The position numbers and the translations under genes are program-made. DNA of 20,000 nt from Cladosporium halotolerans. Its lineage: Eukaryota. Where the stretch lies: NCBI RefSeq assembly GCF_011745625.1, contig NW_027191485.1, forward strand, positions 231,100-251,099. Reading direction: 5' to 3'. Below are positions 1 through 9,137 of the stretch, piece after piece. Position 1 is the stretch's first letter; each line of letters starts with the position of its first letter. A model generated the notes under the pieces. That model saw only the letters and a list, made by a program, of their open reading frames with translations, had not been told where the DNA came from and ran no database searches.

Positions 1-2087
1 GTCGATTTACGCCAGAGCAGCTTGCCAAAATGATGGAAGCACCGACTTTGAGGCCTGTAGAGGAGGCTCCGGCTGCTAACACCGGTGCGACGCCCTCCAT
101 GGGCGTGAACCCCTTGACCGAAACGCCCGCTTCTACTCAGATCGCACCCACTCCAGCGTCGCAGTCGACTCTGCATCCTCAGCAGGCTTTTGGTACGGAC
201 TTCAGCTTCGACGACACCTCACTAGGTCTAGCCGCCAGTCATGCTTCACCAGAAGGGGCTTTCGATCTCGACCCTGCTACCGCCGACGACTTCGAATGGG
301 ACGAACAGGAGTCCTCATGGTCCCAACATGCTGGAGGCGATGGCTTTCCGCAAGCTGTAATGGACGGCATGGCTTCTCTCACTGTCGGCGAACGCAGAGG
401 TTACCTTGGTGCCGTCTCTGGAGCTGCACTACTGCGCCAAGTACTCTCTGCTGATAACGAAGGAAACTCAACCCACCAGAGAGCTCGCTCGCAACAGTTC
501 GACTCGTTATTCCAGCAGCGTCTGGATCAATCCCAACTATACCAGACCCGGACCATGCTCACGCGCGTGGCTGTCGAGAATCTGTTTGATGCCTTCTTCA
601 CGTTCTACCACCCGACATTTCCTATCGTCCACGAGCCCACTTTCCGAGCACAGTATATCAACAGTCTCCCCCGAGGCGACAACCACAAATGGGTCATGCT
701 GGCAAATATTGTCGCCGCTCTTGGATCTTTCGCTAGCAGTAATTGCGCCGACGCTACCGACTTGTCTATCTTCCAAGAGGCGCAGAAAAGCTTGTTCTCC
801 AACAACCTAGAAGCCGGCAATTTAACCCTCGTCCAAGCTTTTGCTCTGTCAGCTACATATCTGCAGAAGCGTAACAAGCCTAACACAGGCTACAACTACA
901 GCGGTATAGCGCTGCGGCTAGCGATTGGACTCGGTCTTCACAAGGATTACCAAGAAGGGCACATTTCTCCACTACAGGTAGAGTTGCGGCGGCGAGTCTG
1001 GTGGACGATCTGTGTCCTTGATGTTGGAGCGACAGTATCATATGGTAGGCCCTTAAACTGGCCCCGAGCTGGTACAGAGATCGCGCTGCCCAAGAATGTA
1101 CACGAAGAGGTAAGTGTGACCTTTTTGGTCGCTTGACCCTGCTCTAAATTTCATCTCGCAGGACATACTATCTGACTCCACGACATCTCCACCCGAAATT
1201 GAAGGCCTGACTTTGTACACATACTTGCGAGTACAGTCATTGTACCACCTCAAGACGATGGGTATCTACACCCGCCTCATCGGCAGACCTTTCCCAACCG
1301 CTGCAGAGCTCATTGCCATGGACGACGAAAACATCGGAGCTTGGCTGGCACAGATGCCACCTTACTACGCCGTCTACCCTCCGGCAGGATCCAAATATGC
1401 GCTCGGCCTGGGAATTACGAAGTGGCGGTACCGCAACTTGCGCATCGTTATGTACCGACCCTTCCTGATTCGCTGGGCTCTGACTCCGCCATCGCAAGGC
1501 GAGTGGGTTTCCTCGAGCACTGAGACCCTGGCCGTGTTCAAATGTCTGGACGCTGCGAAAGAGACCATCCTGTCTATCGAGGAGTACTGGACAACAAGAT
1601 CCCACGCGAGGCTTGACTCGTGGTATGTCCTGTAAGTCAACATCACCGCAGCCTCATCCACCGCCAGTAGAACAAAAGCTAATCTTACAACCACCAAAGA
1701 TACTTCCTATTCCACGCAACCCTCATCCCCCTCCACTGCCTGCGCCAAATGCCCCAGAACTCCCTCGCGCCCGACTGGCGCACGCAAATCCGTGCTTCCA
1801 TCTCCATCATGGAGGCCATGATCGACCTGTGCCCCAACAGCTCCAACTGCCGCGACATCACGCTCAAGCTGAGCTGGCCGCATTTGCAAGAGGAAAATAC
1901 GGCTTTCGACCCTTCGGCGCAGGCTGGGCCTGAGGCGGCGGCGGAGATCAACGACTATAACGCGTGGTGCGAGCAGACGAGTATTACTAACGGGGGTGTG
2001 CCGATCTTGCAGTGGCCGGATGTTGATGAGAGCGGGCTGAACTTCTTTTATGGCGCGGGCTTTGGATGGGGGAGGGCGGACATGTAG
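1..2087 (+). CDS. Fungal-specific transcription factor (Fungal_trans middle homology domain, probably Zn2Cys6 class), 5'-truncated; exons <1-1109, 1162-1631, 1700-2087
   Basis: Motifs FFTFYHPTFPIVHEPTFRAQY, ALRLAIGLGLH and ELRRRVWWTICVLD...SYGRP. Introns 1110-1161 (GTAAGT..CAG) and 1632-1699 (GTAAGT..GCTAAT..AAG) join three ORFs in frame. The frame is open to the window edge; the Zn cluster is not seen and is inferred to lie upstream. Confidence 0.88.
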
Positions 2088-2218
2088 GGCATTGGAATGG
2101 ATCGTGTAATAATGTTGCCATGCAAAAAGTGCTTATTGACCAATACCGCTTTTGGCTCAAGGGTGAGGTCCTTGATTATAAATCTTTGCGACATCGCGAT
2201 GCTTTTTCGACCACCCGT

Positions 2219-3175
2219 TTACTCCCAAGCAAAAGGATCCCACTCGCCCAAATTGCCCTCCTGACCCTCATCCAACTTCTCGATAGCAGCCAAATCCTCC
2301 GCATCAAGCTCCCAGCCGAAAATCCCCATGTTCTCCTTCAACCGCGCCTCCCGATCCGTCTTCGGAATGATGCTCACGCCCATCTGCAAACACCACCGCA
2401 GCACAACCTGCGCCGGCGTCTTGCCCACTTTCTCCGCGATCCGCGCGATCGTCTCGTCGCCCAACCGCTTCCCCTGCGTCAGCGGCGAGTACGCCACCAC
2501 CACGATCCCCTTCTCGCGGCAGTACGCCCGGATCGCCCGCTGCTGGTTCCACGGATGCACCTCGATCTGGTTCACCGCGGGCATTGTGTCGACGCCCGGG
2601 CTCGCGGCCAGCATGTCGAAGTGCTTTGGCGCCCAGTTGCTGACGCCGATCGCGCGCACTTTGCCGGCTTTCTGCGCCTGCTGCAGACCCAGCCATGCGC
2701 CTAGGCGCGCCTCGGGGCCCGGGCGCGGGTTGTGCAGCAGGTAGAGGTCGAAGTACTCCAGTCCTGAGGTCGCGAGACTGCGCTCGAGGCCTGCGAGGGC
2801 GCCCGCCGCGGAGAACGTGGTGTGCCCTGCTTCGCGCGAGTTCAAGGGCCAAGGGCCTTTGGTGCACATCGCCTCGAAGTCGGCGGGCATGTCCGGGCGC
2901 GAGAAGTCAGTTTCCCACAGCTTGGAGGTCACGAAGATGTCCTCGCGCGAGACTTCGGGGTGCTGCGCCAGGAACTTGGCCACGGCCGACCCGGTCTCGC
3001 GCTCGTTGAAGTAGATCTGCGCGGTGTCGATGTGGCGGTAGCCGGCGGAGAGGGCGGCGATGACGGAGGCCTCGCAGTTGGAGGACATGACGCCGAGGCC
3101 GAGTAGGGGGATGCTGCCCTGCCCGGAGGGCAGAGGGAATTTGGAGTCCAGGGTGAGAGAGGTGGTGGCGGACAT
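2219..3175 (-). CDS. Aldo-keto reductase (318 aa, intronless)
   Basis: GYRHIDTAQIYFNE, FVTSKLW, DLYLLHNP (Asp-Tyr-Lys-His tetrad), GKVRAIGVSNW, NQIEVHPW, AYSPL, TPAQVVLRW, IIPK. Confidence 0.95.
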   Translation of the reverse strand: MSATTSLTLDSKFPLPSGQGSIPLLGLGVMSSNCEASVIAALSAGYRHIDTAQIYFNERETGSAVAKFLAQHPEVSREDIFVTSKLWETDFSRPDMPADFEAMCTKGPWPLNSREAGHTTFSAAGALAGLERSLATSGLEYFDLYLLHNPRPGPEARLGAWLGLQQAQKAGKVRAIGVSNWAPKHFDMLAASPGVDTMPAVNQIEVHPWNQQRAIRAYCREKGIVVVAYSPLTQGKRLGDETIARIAEKVGKTPAQVVLRWCLQMGVSIIPKTDREARLKENMGIFGWELDAEDLAAIEKLDEGQEGNLGEWDPFAWE

Positions 3176-3237
3176 GGTGGGTGGTTGTATGGGATGGAGG
3201 TGAGGGATATTAGAGAGGGTTCAGGGGGGCAGCGAGG

Positions 3238-3243
3238 TTTATA
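3238..3243 (-). promoter_or_regulatory. Putative TATA box of the AKR gene
   Basis: TATAAA on the minus strand about 63 nt upstream of the ATG at 3175, followed by a pyrimidine-rich leader. Confidence 0.45.
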
Positions 3244-3559
3244 TTGTGTTCACACAGGTCCTGACTAACGGCCGTATGAGGATGTCATATGTGAAAGGTC
3301 TGGCCGGGCACTTGACTATTGTTCCCACGTCGCTCAACAAAAGGCGATGTCCCAGTCAGTCCACCGTGGAGTCTTTCGCATTTTAGCGTCTTGCCCCACA
3401 GCCACACCCACGTGGAGACATCGGGACACGCACGCCCCGCGCTTCGACCTTCCAGGCATTTGCTTAGTCTGGAAATTTGGGCATGTCACTGGAGAAAAAT
3501 CTCGTGGCTGTTCGATTGACGAGATCTAATGTCGCCTAACGTTTATGTGAGTCATTAAC

Positions 3560-4848
3560 TCAAGCCTCATCCGCCAATGCCTCTCTCCTCGACCTCGACC
3601 TGGGGTCAAAGTAAGGCTTCTCTCCCAGTGAACACACGCGATCACCCGCTCTCGCCGCCCCATAGTCATACGTCGCACAGTGGCCGGTGGAACGGTTGTC
3701 CCAGATGGCCAGATCGTTCTTCCGCCACTTGAAGCGGACTTGCGCGTCGTGGTTTTGGGTCAAAAGCTGCTTTTTGTCAGCCGGGTCCTAGTTGTGGGAG
3801 GAGCCTATTTCTACTCACGTTGAAGAGATATTGCAGCAGCAAGTCTGATTCGTCTTTCGTGACGCCAAGAATACGACGCGTGAAGCCCTTGTTGACGAAG
3901 ACGCTCTTCCAGCCCGTCACGGCTACACGTAGATGTCAGTACTATCTCCACTGTAGTGGATGCTGCTATACTCACGGTTGGTGCGAATTACAGGATGGAC
4001 AGCTTCGAGAGCAGAGCCGTGGTTCAATGGTGATCCTCTAGGTGTGGTTCGTAGAGGGTTACCAAGTCTCTCCGCTTCTTCGTGGAAGAACTTCGCATCG
4101 TGTCTGGCGCTGAGAGTCTCCAGGTAAGCGGCCATCGACGGCGACAGACGGTCGTAGACTTCATAGCCAGATGCCCAGAGCTGCGTTCGAGATATATCAG
4201 CAACAGCAACCCATATTTTTATACGGTTTCCCAGCCTGACTTACAGTATCACCACCGGTCTTGGGAAGAGTGTGAATCTTCAGCATCGCATAGTCCGAGG
4301 TCACGTTCTCGAACGTGATGTCGGAGTGCCATCCCACGCTGGCATATCGGCTTGTATCGCTGAGTTGGTGTGTAAGTCCGCCGCCCTTCTTTTGCTTCTC
4401 GGAACTGATCACGCTGATCTGGTCGCCCAGTTCGCTGCCTTCCTCCGTGAGAGGATGCACGTGGAGGGTGGATGAGTCCGGCTAGTATCCAACATGTCAG
4501 CAGGGTATCTTTCTAGACGATGGCCGGATATCGTACAGAGCCGGCTTGCTTGGTAATCTTCTCCATCAACTCGCGCATCTGCACGGGAGTCACATCTTGG
4601 TCGCGGAGGAACACAACGCCACGCTGTGAGATGGTGATGGCCAAATCGCGGATAAGGCTTTCATTGTTTGATGCTAAAATGTCGGCAATCTGAAGGCCCT
4701 CAAATTCGGTGCCGATGACAGGCGTCAGGTCGCTTTGGGTGTAGCAGTCTAGCAAGCCAGAGTACGCCAGTGGCTTGTCAAGCTTCGTGCGGGCGACTTC
4801 AAAGTCGACCCCGACAGGACCCTCGCTGACAGTAGTTGGAACAGGCAT
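3560..4848 (-). CDS. Fe(II)/2-oxoglutarate-dependent sulfonate/taurine dioxygenase (TauD/Jlp1-like), 354 aa; exons 4848-4537, 4481-4245, 4180-3976, 3922-3819, 3766-3560
   Basis: DLTPVIGTEF, QRGVVFLRDQ, WHSDITFE (HxD), TGGDTLWASGYEVYDRLS, HPVIRTNPVTGWKSVFVN, WDNRSTGH (distal His). Four canonical introns of 52-64 nt give a continuous 1065-nt frame. Confidence 0.93.
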
Positions 4849-5344
4849 GATTTGTGCTGCGAGTCTCCAACAATATTTTGAAATGATCGCCGCGTACGTG
4901 TCTAGGAGAAAGAGGAATACTCTTCGGCTGACAGCAGCGATTTCGCAGCCACGCGGCCCAAGCCACGTTGGGCCTCGGGTTACATTTGCGAGTCATTACT
5001 ATCACCACGTGTAACAGACCACGACTTTGCATCAGGTAGCGAGAACTCTGATCCTCTGTTACAATGGTCGTGAGGGGTCGCTCGGTGGTTGCTCCTTGGC
5101 TAGACAGCCACGTCCCATCGGGCCCCACCCGAATGTGGGGTCAATGCCGAAGGATAGCCATCACGACATCCACGCTACGTGGATTAGCCACGCAGCAAGC
5201 GAGTATTCGCAATAATTCGCCCGGATGAGATCAGTCACGGGATGCTTGAGTGGTTGGCGGACAATATCAACCACGAACCGAGGCCGAGCTGGCAAATTGT
5301 TCAGGCACGGCCTGGAAGCGGGACGAAAGATGTTTGTGAAGTAA

Positions 5345-5350
5345 TATAAG
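5345..5350 (+). promoter_or_regulatory. Possible TATA element of the MFS transporter gene
   Basis: AATATAAG is the most TATA-like sequence I saw in the 1.05-kb divergent intergenic region; it would imply a ~500-nt 5' leader. Confidence 0.3.
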
Positions 5351-5541
5351 GACGGCAGCGGATCAGCGCTATTTTGCCTCTGTCGGACTCACTTTTCTTC
5401 TCGGATGACAAACAGTCCACCGCCGATCTGGAACTCTGTAGGCACGCTGGGCGCTTTGCTAGGGTAATAGCAGCCAATCCCGGTGCCAATTTCGGAGTGA
5501 ACGCCCTCCTACTGCTTCTCAGCTCTCGGTATCTTGGAAAT

Positions 5542-5875
5542 TTAGTAGCGTGCTACCATCGCCTCTAAATCTTCAAGACTGGAGATTCCACTGAGAACTT
5601 GCATCCTACGAATCTCGATACCCAGGAAGCTTGGTGGCGTGCTACCATCGTCTCTGGACATTCAAGGACTGGGTTTTCCACTGAGAGTTTGCATCCCACA
5701 AGTCGCGGGAAGGCGGCCACTTAATAACGTGCTACCATCGCCCCTGAACATTGAGATAGGATTCCCTCTGAGAGCTTGATCCTGCGAGCTTCTGGATTGA
5801 CGCTCGCTTATAGCGTGCTACCATCGCCTCCCGACCCTCGAAATTGGATTTCTCCACGGAGAGCTTGCGTCTTTG
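5542..5875 (+). repeat. Four diverged tandem units (period 89, 90, 86 bp) with invariant core CGTGCTACCATCG
   Basis: Core at 5549-5561, 5638-5650, 5728-5740 and 5814-5826. Second block (CCACTGAGA, CCACTGAGA, CCTCTGAGA, CCACGGAGA) ends at 5596, 5686, 5773 and 5862. Confidence 0.95.
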
Positions 5876-5903
5876 ACTGGCCACGGATTCGACGTTCTTC
5901 ATC

Positions 5904-7861
5904 ATGGATGCACCCGCTCCGGCACCAAAAGCCGAGCTCGTGCGGACCACGAGTATTGACAAAGACATTGCTGGTGAGGTCGGCCGCGATCACATCCCGC
6001 TCAAGCCCCACGAGTCATACGAAGGCGCTCACCGCTGGGATCCCGAGGCAACATGGACTCCGAAGGAAGAGGCACGCGTCGTCCTCAAGACTGACATCCG
6101 TTTGATGACGTGGCTTTGCCTCATGTTCTTTGGTTTGCAGCTGGACCGCGGGAATCTTAGCAACGCGCTCACTGACAACCTCCTTGACGACCTCGCCTTG
6201 GACACCAACGACTATAACAATGGCACTACAATCCAACTTTTGGCCTTCCTCAGCGCTGAGTTCCCCGTACAATTATTGATAAAGCGGTTCGGTTTCAAGC
6301 AAGTTCTCCCCTTGCTCATGGTGATGTGGTCCACGGTCTCTTGGGCGCAAGCCTTCATGACTGGACGTACTGGCTTTTATATCACCCGCGCCCTGATCGG
6401 AGCATGCGAGGGCGGCTTCATACCGGGTACCATCTTGTTTGCCACCTACTTCTACACATCGAAAGAGCTGTCGGTCCGGTTGGCTGCATTTTGGTCGACT
6501 CTGAACATTGCCCGCGTCATCTCTTCGCTGCTTGCTGCCGGTATCCTTGAGATGCGGGGCATTGCCGGAAGACCGGGATGGTTCTGGTTGTTCCTTGTAA
6601 GTGATACAGGCGCAGTGCCCTATGTCGTTGGCTAATATCTCTTAGCTCGAGGGTCTCTTGACTTTCCTCATTGGCGCCATCAGCTACATCTACCTGCCGT
6701 ATAGCCCGACACGCACGAAGGGCGTGCTCTGGCGGAGGTCCTGGTACAACGAGGACGAAGAAGTGATCATGGTCAACCGCATCCTGCGAGACGACCCTGC
6801 GAAGGGCATCACTGCCTTGAAAGAGCCGGCTACATTCCGGGACGTTATAAACACTTGGAAAGACCCCTCCATGTGGGGCCTGTATTTCGTCGGTCTGGTG
6901 GCATACATCCCGGCTTCGCCAGTGCAAGCGTATTTGTCGCTCACGCTCAAGCGAATCGGCTTCAGCACTTTCGACAGTAATATGCTGTCGATCCCCTCGG
7001 CCGTGCTGCAGATCATCCTCATGCTGGCCCTAGCGTTCAGCAGCAACTACTTCATGGAGCGGACATTCCACTGCATTATTGGCGAGTTCTGGTGTCTGCC
7101 GCTTCTTATTGCGCTGCTCAAGCTTCCGGAGGGAGGACATGAATGGGGCCGCTTCACCATCACGACAATGATCTCAGGATGTGAGTGAAGCTCCCTTCTT
7201 GAGAGTGTTCTTGTAGCTAACGAATTGAACGCAGACCCGTATTTCCACCCCATCGTCTCCGCCTGGATCAGCGAGAATAGCTTCGACGTTAAGAAACGCG
7301 CCATAACCGCCGCGACGTACAACGTGATCGTTCAAGTGGGCTCAGTGATCTCGTCTCGTAAGTTCCATCTCATCAAAATTTCTTTCTCCATCGCGCCTGA
7401 CGCAGCTTTCCCGAAAGTTGGTGGTTGTGACTCTCTCGGGGCAGAATCCGCTTCTCAGTGGCATAAAAGCGATGATAGCACGCCATTTTGCCTTCTGAGC
7501 TCTGAGATGCCCAGAAGGGTCAAGACAGGCGTGGGCCACCTTGAATAGACACGGTGTCCTAACTACAATCTGATATGCCATATCTTTTCATAATGGCCAA
7601 TGATTGCTGACAATGTTTTCAGAGCTCTACCGCAAAGACGATCAGCCCTATTACTACCGCGGCAACAAAATCCTCATCTCGATCTGTGCGCTGTCGCTGG
7701 CGACTTTTGTCGCGCAGAGGGAGTACCTGCGCTGGCTTAACAGGCGGAAAGCGAAGGCCTGGGAAGCCATGAGCAGCGTGGACAAGGTCGCCTACCAAGC
7801 GGATCAGGAGGCAAGGGAAAAGGACGGCAACAAGAGGCTGGATTTCCGGTTCCAGTACTGA
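5904..7861 (+). CDS. MFS transporter, Dal5/allantoate permease (ACS) family, Soa1/AstA-like sulfonate/sulfate transporter, 529 aa; exons 5904-6596, 6646-7180, 7235-7357, 7623-7861
   Basis: CLMFFGLQLDRGNLSNALTDN, RALIGACEGGFIPG, GWFWLFLLEGLLT, NRILRDDPAKG, YPYFHP, LYRKDDQPYYYRGN, NKRLDFRFQY. Introns of 49, 54 and 265 nt give a 1590-nt frame. Divergent from the TauD-like gene. Substrate is inferred. Confidence 0.9.
7452..7485 (-). repeat. Inverted, internally shortened copy of the upstream repeat unit inside transporter intron 3
   Basis: Reverse complement reads TGGCGTGCTATCATCGC-ttttatg-CCACTGAGAA, matching core block 1 at 12/13 and block 2 of unit 1 at 10/10. Confidence 0.8.
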
Positions 7862-7873
7862 GCGCATCGGCAT

Positions 7874-8911
7874 TCACACGCTGGTCTCATAGATTTCCCG
7901 CAGCAAGATATTGAACTTCGTCTCGACGTTGAGGAGTGTATCCGGAGTCAATTGTCTTAGGTATCTTTCGCGAGCGAGATTTCCCCAGGCGTGGTAGGCG
8001 AGCTGATTTGGAAACATGGCGCCCTGCCACTGGGATATGTTACTCTTAATCTCAGTCAACTCTGACGCGTCAACGGACAGAGGCCGGTGCATCGACTCTA
8101 TGTGCTCTCTACTCCATGTGGGCCAGAAAAACGCCGCAGGCGACAGCGTACAGATGGTGTCCGGGAACTCGTGAGCCAGCTGGGCGGGCACCATGACGGA
8201 ATGATGGTTCCACATTTGCGGCCTGTCGTCGAAGCTCTTCCGGTATGCCTCGAGCCATCTGGAAATGAAAGTACTCGCAGGCCGCGCCACGATCACGGCA
8301 TTGCCAAGACCGCTGCGGCTGCCGCCTTCGTATCCCATGAGAACATCCCGAGATGAGGTGAGCAGGGGAGAGAAAGACTGCAGGGCGTAGACGTCCGTGT
8401 CAAGGTAAATCCCGCCTCTCGAGTGCAGGACCTCAAGGCGTAGAATGTCCGTCTGGTGAGGTAGCCGAAGCTTGTGGATGACACCATCGGTGGTGATGAG
8501 CGTTTCACGTCGAGTGTGAATGACAAGCTCTACCCGGTGCTGGATGAGTTGCCACCATTCGTTCTCCTCATTCAACGCATACGTATGCACCTTGATACGC
8601 TCGGGTTGTATTCGTAGCAAAGCGGCTTTGATCGCAAGATACTGGTAGAATTCCAGCTCGGCCCCTCTGTCATGTTCCGCGATAAGAACAAAGTGTACCA
8701 CAAAAGGTATTTGTGACCACTTGTTCGTATTATTACCGCCTTGTTGGCAAGTGATTTCCTCAGGCGTATCAACAAAATCCCAGTCCAGGTACTCATGCTC
8801 AAGTCGAAGGATTTCGGTGGCGTGGTGGGAGCGCCGAATGAGAAGCGAGTATACCCCGAGGAACACGCATATTGCGGAAGCGAGTACGAAAACCTGCAGC
8901 CTCAGCCGCAT
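7874..8911 (-). CDS. Glycosyltransferase family 32 (DXD sugar-binding motif), type II membrane protein, 345 aa, intronless
   Basis: N-terminal hydrophobic anchor, IPFVVHFV, HQTDILRLEVLHSRGGIYLDTDVY, GLGNAVIVARPASTFISRW, WNHHSVMVP. Confidence 0.88.
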   Translation of the reverse strand: MRLRLQVFVLASAICVFLGVYSLLIRRSHHATEILRLEHEYLDWDFVDTPEEITCQQGGNNTNKWSQIPFVVHFVLIAEHDRGAELEFYQYLAIKAALLRIQPERIKVHTYALNEENEWWQLIQHRVELVIHTRRETLITTDGVIHKLRLPHQTDILRLEVLHSRGGIYLDTDVYALQSFSPLLTSSRDVLMGYEGGSRSGLGNAVIVARPASTFISRWLEAYRKSFDDRPQMWNHHSVMVPAQLAHEFPDTICTLSPAAFFWPTWSREHIESMHRPLSVDASELTEIKSNISQWQGAMFPNQLAYHAWGNLARERYLRQLTPDTLLNVETKFNILLREIYETSV

Positions 8912-9137
8912 CGTCCCGCGTGGTGGAGAAGGACTGAAGGTGAGTGAACTATTGATGTTCTGAGTGTATCATGAAGTCTACACAAGATCCGGTGAGGTCG
9001 CTGCGGGTTGTTTGAAATCGACGGGCCGTTCCAATTCCACCACCGCGGCCCCGGGTCCGCCCCTTTACGCGTACGATGATGCAAACACTAGGAGTCCGTC
9101 CCGGGAGTGTATCAGATTGTCTAATTCCTACATCGCC

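Noticed and set aside
2066..3106. Long alternative-frame ORFs over the AKR (and 15872-16615 over the GMC gene)
   Set aside because: Antisense or shifted shadows of GC-rich coding sequence with no recognisable motifs.
5553..5561. CTACCATCG is complementary to a CGAUGGUAG stretch recalled from 18S rRNA
   Set aside because: Only 9 nt, recalled from memory, and that rRNA segment is normally base-paired; probably chance.
5540..5826. Repeated minus-strand ATG GTA GCA CG (MVAR) micro-ORFs
   Set aside because: Their lengths vary from 5 to 30 codons with no conserved peptide beyond the core; they are a by-product of the repeat.
5591..5862. Hammerhead ribozyme or canonical TPP riboswitch
   Set aside because: CTGAGAG does not fit the hammerhead CUGANGA core, and the ACCUGAU/UAAU/AGGGA elements of TPP aptamers are absent.
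5542..5875. CRISPR array interpretation of the spaced repeats
   Set aside because: Eukaryotic intron-containing context, no cas genes, a core of only 13 bp, and the 'spacers' are homologous to each other.
7470..7573. C/D box snoRNA in transporter intron 3
   Set aside because: The C box is imperfect (GCGATGA), there is no terminal stem, and I recognise no rRNA guide.
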